From Mobula hypostoma (Eukaryota), in the NCBI RefSeq assembly GCF_963921235.1, contig NC_086097.1:212724001-212788000 (forward strand): a stretch of DNA of 64,000 bases. Reading direction: 5' to 3'. Each line of letters starts with the position of its first letter. The first letter of the stretch is position 1. Under the pieces are notes generated by a model. It made no database searches. It was not told the DNA's origin and worked only from the letters and a program-made list of their open reading frames with translations. Below, piece after piece: positions 60,910 through 64,000 of this stretch. The position numbers and the translations under genes were made by a program.

Positions 60910-63205
60910 GTTCCATTGTTCAAGAAGGGAATTACGGCATAATTGTAGAAACTATAGACTGGTGAGTCTCAATTGTCTTACTAACTTGGTTGAGTTTTTT
61001 GAGGTGATGAGGTGATTGATGAAGGTAGAGATGTGGATGTTGTCTACATGGATTTTAGTAAGGGGTTTGACAAGATTCCTCATGGGAGACTCATCTAGAA
61101 GATTAAGATACATGAGATCAATGTTGAATTGGCTGTTTGGATTCAAAACTGGCTTAAATGACCTGGATGAAAATGTAGATGGGTGGGACATGTGGAGGGT
61201 GTATAAAGATCTTTTGCACAGAGCATAGGAAAAGTACACAGGGATGGAAAGATAAGAGAACCTTGGATGTCCAGAGAGGTGATAAATTTGGTCAAGAAGA
61301 ATGCTTCAGAAGTCAGGATGAAATGAAGCATATGAGGAGTATAAAGAAGCCAGAAAAAAAAACTAAAGAAGGAAGTAAGAAAAGCCAGGAGGGGCTATGA
61401 AAAGTCCTTGACAATTTGGATTAAAGTGAATCCCAAGGGACTCTATACATACATCAAGAGTAAAAGGATAACAATGGAGAAGGTTAGACCACTCAAGGAT
61501 AAAGGGGATCACATTTGCCTGGATGCAGAGAATGTGAGTGAGATACTTAATAAGTACTTAGCTTTAATATTTACCAAGGAAAAGGATATGCTGGACCAGG
61601 AGATCAGTGCTGAGTGTATAAACATGTTAGGGCATTTAGAGGTCAAGGTCAAGGAATTGTTGGGCCTCCTAAGGAGTTTTAAGGGGGATAACTCCCCAGG
61701 GCCTGATGGGATTTATCCTAGATTATTGATGGAGGCAAGTGGTGAGATTGCTGGGCCCTTGCCCAGTGTCTTTATGTCCTCTTGAGTGAGGACTAATGAC
61801 TGGCAAGTGGCTAATGTTTTACCTCTACTTGAGAAGGAAGTAAGGGGAAATCCTGTGAACTATGGAATGGAGAGTCTCACATTAGTTGTAGGGAAATTTC
61901 AGGAGAAAATTCTTAGGGATAGGATAAATGAGTATTGGAAACACATGGCCTGATTGGGGAGGCGGAGTGACTGCTTTGCTTGCATCTTTGGAAACAGCTC
62001 TATTTCCATCTTTAATATCTTTATTTTTCTTTTTCAGGGTTCTTTTGAAGACCCTGACCTGGAGTTACACGCTGACTTTAGTTTTTTGTGGGAATGGGAC
62101 CCATTCTTGGAGTTTCAGGACTGGCCATTGTTCAACACACCAAAGGTTTGGCCTGAGAGTCCAGCTCGAACCCTAAGATCCCGGGGCTCTGGAGATGGGC
62201 GGATCGCGGCTCGGTGTTACGTCAGGAGACCTGTGTGTTGTTGGGGGAGTCGGAAAACCTACTGCTTTGGGCTCGAAGACCCAGGATCTTTGCGATCTTC
62301 AGGCACAGACCTCAAAAAAAGCGACATAATGGACTTTTAACATCGTAAATCAACGTGTTGTTTGTTATCTCCCTGCTCACTGGGAAAATGGAGACACCTC
62401 TTCCTCCCTTATTGGGGGGAGAGAGAGAGAACCTGCAGTATATCGAATGCTGGTAAAACACGAAGTCTTTGGAGTAACTGCAAGTCTGTGTCTTTGCTAT
62501 TGCTTTGCTCATGCCTGAGTGTCTCGGTGGTGGTGCCAATGCTTGGATTTTTTGCCGGTGGGGGGAGGGGGGAGTGTTGCTCGCTGCCGCTTACATGCAG
62601 GAGGGAGGGGAGCTGGGGGGGGGACTTTGCGGTTCTTGCATTTAGATGCCATTCATTCTTTGGGGCACTTCCCTGATTTTGGAGATGCTTGTGAAGGAAA
62701 AGCATTTCAGGATATATATTGTATACATTTCTCTGACGTTAAATTGAAACTTTGAAACTTTAATTAGGGTGAGCCAGCATGGCTTTGTACATGGCAGATT
62801 ATACCTTACCAACTTGATTGAGTTTTTTTGACAAGGTGAGGAGAGAGATTGATAAAGTGGATGTTGTCTACTTGGAATTTAGTAAAGCATTTGACAAACT
62901 CCTTCATGGGAGACTAATCCAGAAGATTAAGATGCATGGTGTCTGCAGCAAATTGGCTGTTTGGATTCAGAATTAGCTTGCGCATAGAAGACAGGGTAGT
63001 GGTTGAAGGGACTTATTCAAGCTGGGGGTTTGTAATTAGTGGAGATCTGCAGGGATCTGTGCTCGGACCTCTGCTGTTTGTAATGTATACAAATGACCTA
63101 TACGAAAATTTAGATGGGGGGGTTAATGAGTTTGCTGATGATACGAAGTTTGCTGGTGTTGTGGATAGTGTAGATGACTGGCAAAAAATATAGCAGGATA
63201 TAGAA
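60910..63205 (+). mobile_element. Mosaic of degraded CR1 ORF2 fragments
   Basis: IKVNPKGLYTYIKSKR, SPGPDGIYPRLL, LQGSVLGPLLF and EFADDTKF; interrupted by 61958-62761. Confidence 0.8.
61958..62761 (+). mobile_element. Non-autonomous ~800-bp retroposon inserted in CR1
   Basis: Interrupts CR1 between ...CATGGCCTGATT and ATTAGGGTGAGCCAGCATGG; tail TTGAAACTTTGAAACTT; homologous to 36025-36832. Confidence 0.65.
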
Positions 63206-64000
63206 CAGGGGTGATGCAGGGGTCGGTGCTGGGCCCGCAGCTGTTTACCATTTACATTGATGATTTGAAAGAGGGGACTGAGTGTAGCGTAGCAAAATTT
63301 GCTGATGACACTAAACTGAGTGGAAAAGCAAATTGTACAGAGGATGTGGAGCGTCTGCAGAGGGATATAAATAGGTTAAGTGAGTGGGCCAAGGTCTGGC
63401 AGATGGAATACAATGTTGGTAAATGTGAGATCATCCACCTTGGAAGGAATAATAGAAGAACAGATTATTATTTAAATGGTGAAAGATTGCAGTATGCTGT
63501 TGTGCAGAGGTACTTGGGAGAGCTTTTCCATGAATCGCAAAAAGTTGGCTTGCCGGTACAACAGGTTATTAAGAAGGCAAAAGGAATGTTAGCTTTCATT
63601 GCTAGAGGGATTGAATTCTAGAGCAGGGAGGTCATGCTGCAACTATACAGGGTACTGGTGAGGCCGCACCTGGAGTACTATGTGCAGTTCTGGTCTCCAT
63701 ACTTGAGGAAGGATATACTGGCTTTGGAGGCAATGCAGAGGAGGTTCACCAGGTTGATTCCAAGGATGAAGGGGTTAACCTATGAGGAAAGATTGAGTCT
63801 CCTGGGACTATACTGGGTGCTAAAGGGATCAGGGGGGTATGGAGGGAAGGCTGGTACAGGGTTCTGAGTTGGATGATCAGCCATGATCATACTAAACGGT
63901 GGTGCAGGCTTGAAGGGCCGAATGACCTACTCCTGCACCTATTTTCTATGTTTCTATGTTTCTGTACTCTCTGGAGTTCAGAAGAATGAGAGGGGATCTT
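63206..64000 (+). mobile_element. CR1 LINE 3' fragment (family of 20110-23266), running off the window end
   Basis: QGSVLGPQLFTIYIDDL, FADDTKLSGKANC and LYRVLVRPHLEY. Confidence 0.88.
63815..63961 (+). mobile_element. 147-bp CR1 3' tail of the young (38335-42505) family inserted into an older CR1
   Basis: Closely matches 42355-42505 and ends in (TTTCTATG)n. Flanks CTATACT/CTGTACT are TSD-like, and the host CR1 resumes at TACTCTCTGGAGTTCAGAAG. Confidence 0.8.

Noticed and set aside
1..64000. Host gene exons, CRISPR arrays or prokaryotic systems
   Set aside because: All long ORFs are TE-derived. No repeat-spacer array, operon or convincing spliced exon was seen; small exons cannot be excluded without RNA data.

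Overview
This window is AT-rich vertebrate genomic DNA with no host protein-coding exon that I can support. The repeat complement (CR1, Rex1/Babar, HE1/V-SINE-like SINEs, Penelope-type tails) suggests a cartilaginous fish, probably a ray or shark; that is inference. It is a nested transposable-element landscape. LTR elements: a complete but decayed Gypsy provirus with a PNMA-like Gag (2073-8724), two further truncated Gypsy elements, several solo LTRs, and an ERV env/3'-LTR remnant. Non-LTR and DNA elements: many CR1 and Rex1 LINE fragments, an L1-like 3' fragment, a Tc1 transposon, tRNA-derived SINEs and Penelope-derived insertions. One CR1 LINE (about 38335-42505) has both ORFs intact. Two observations stand out. 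(1) The intact CR1's ORF2 has no AUG before its endonuclease domain and is reached from ORF1 exactly by a -1 shift on a canonical U_UUA_AAC slippery heptamer, and the same heptamer+stop recurs in a second, diverged CR1 family. (2) Short, TSD-flanked Penelope-derived insertions carry minimal hammerhead ribozymes, and one of them is a near-perfect 87-bp-arm palindrome. Family assignments rest on motif recognition only; no database search was run.
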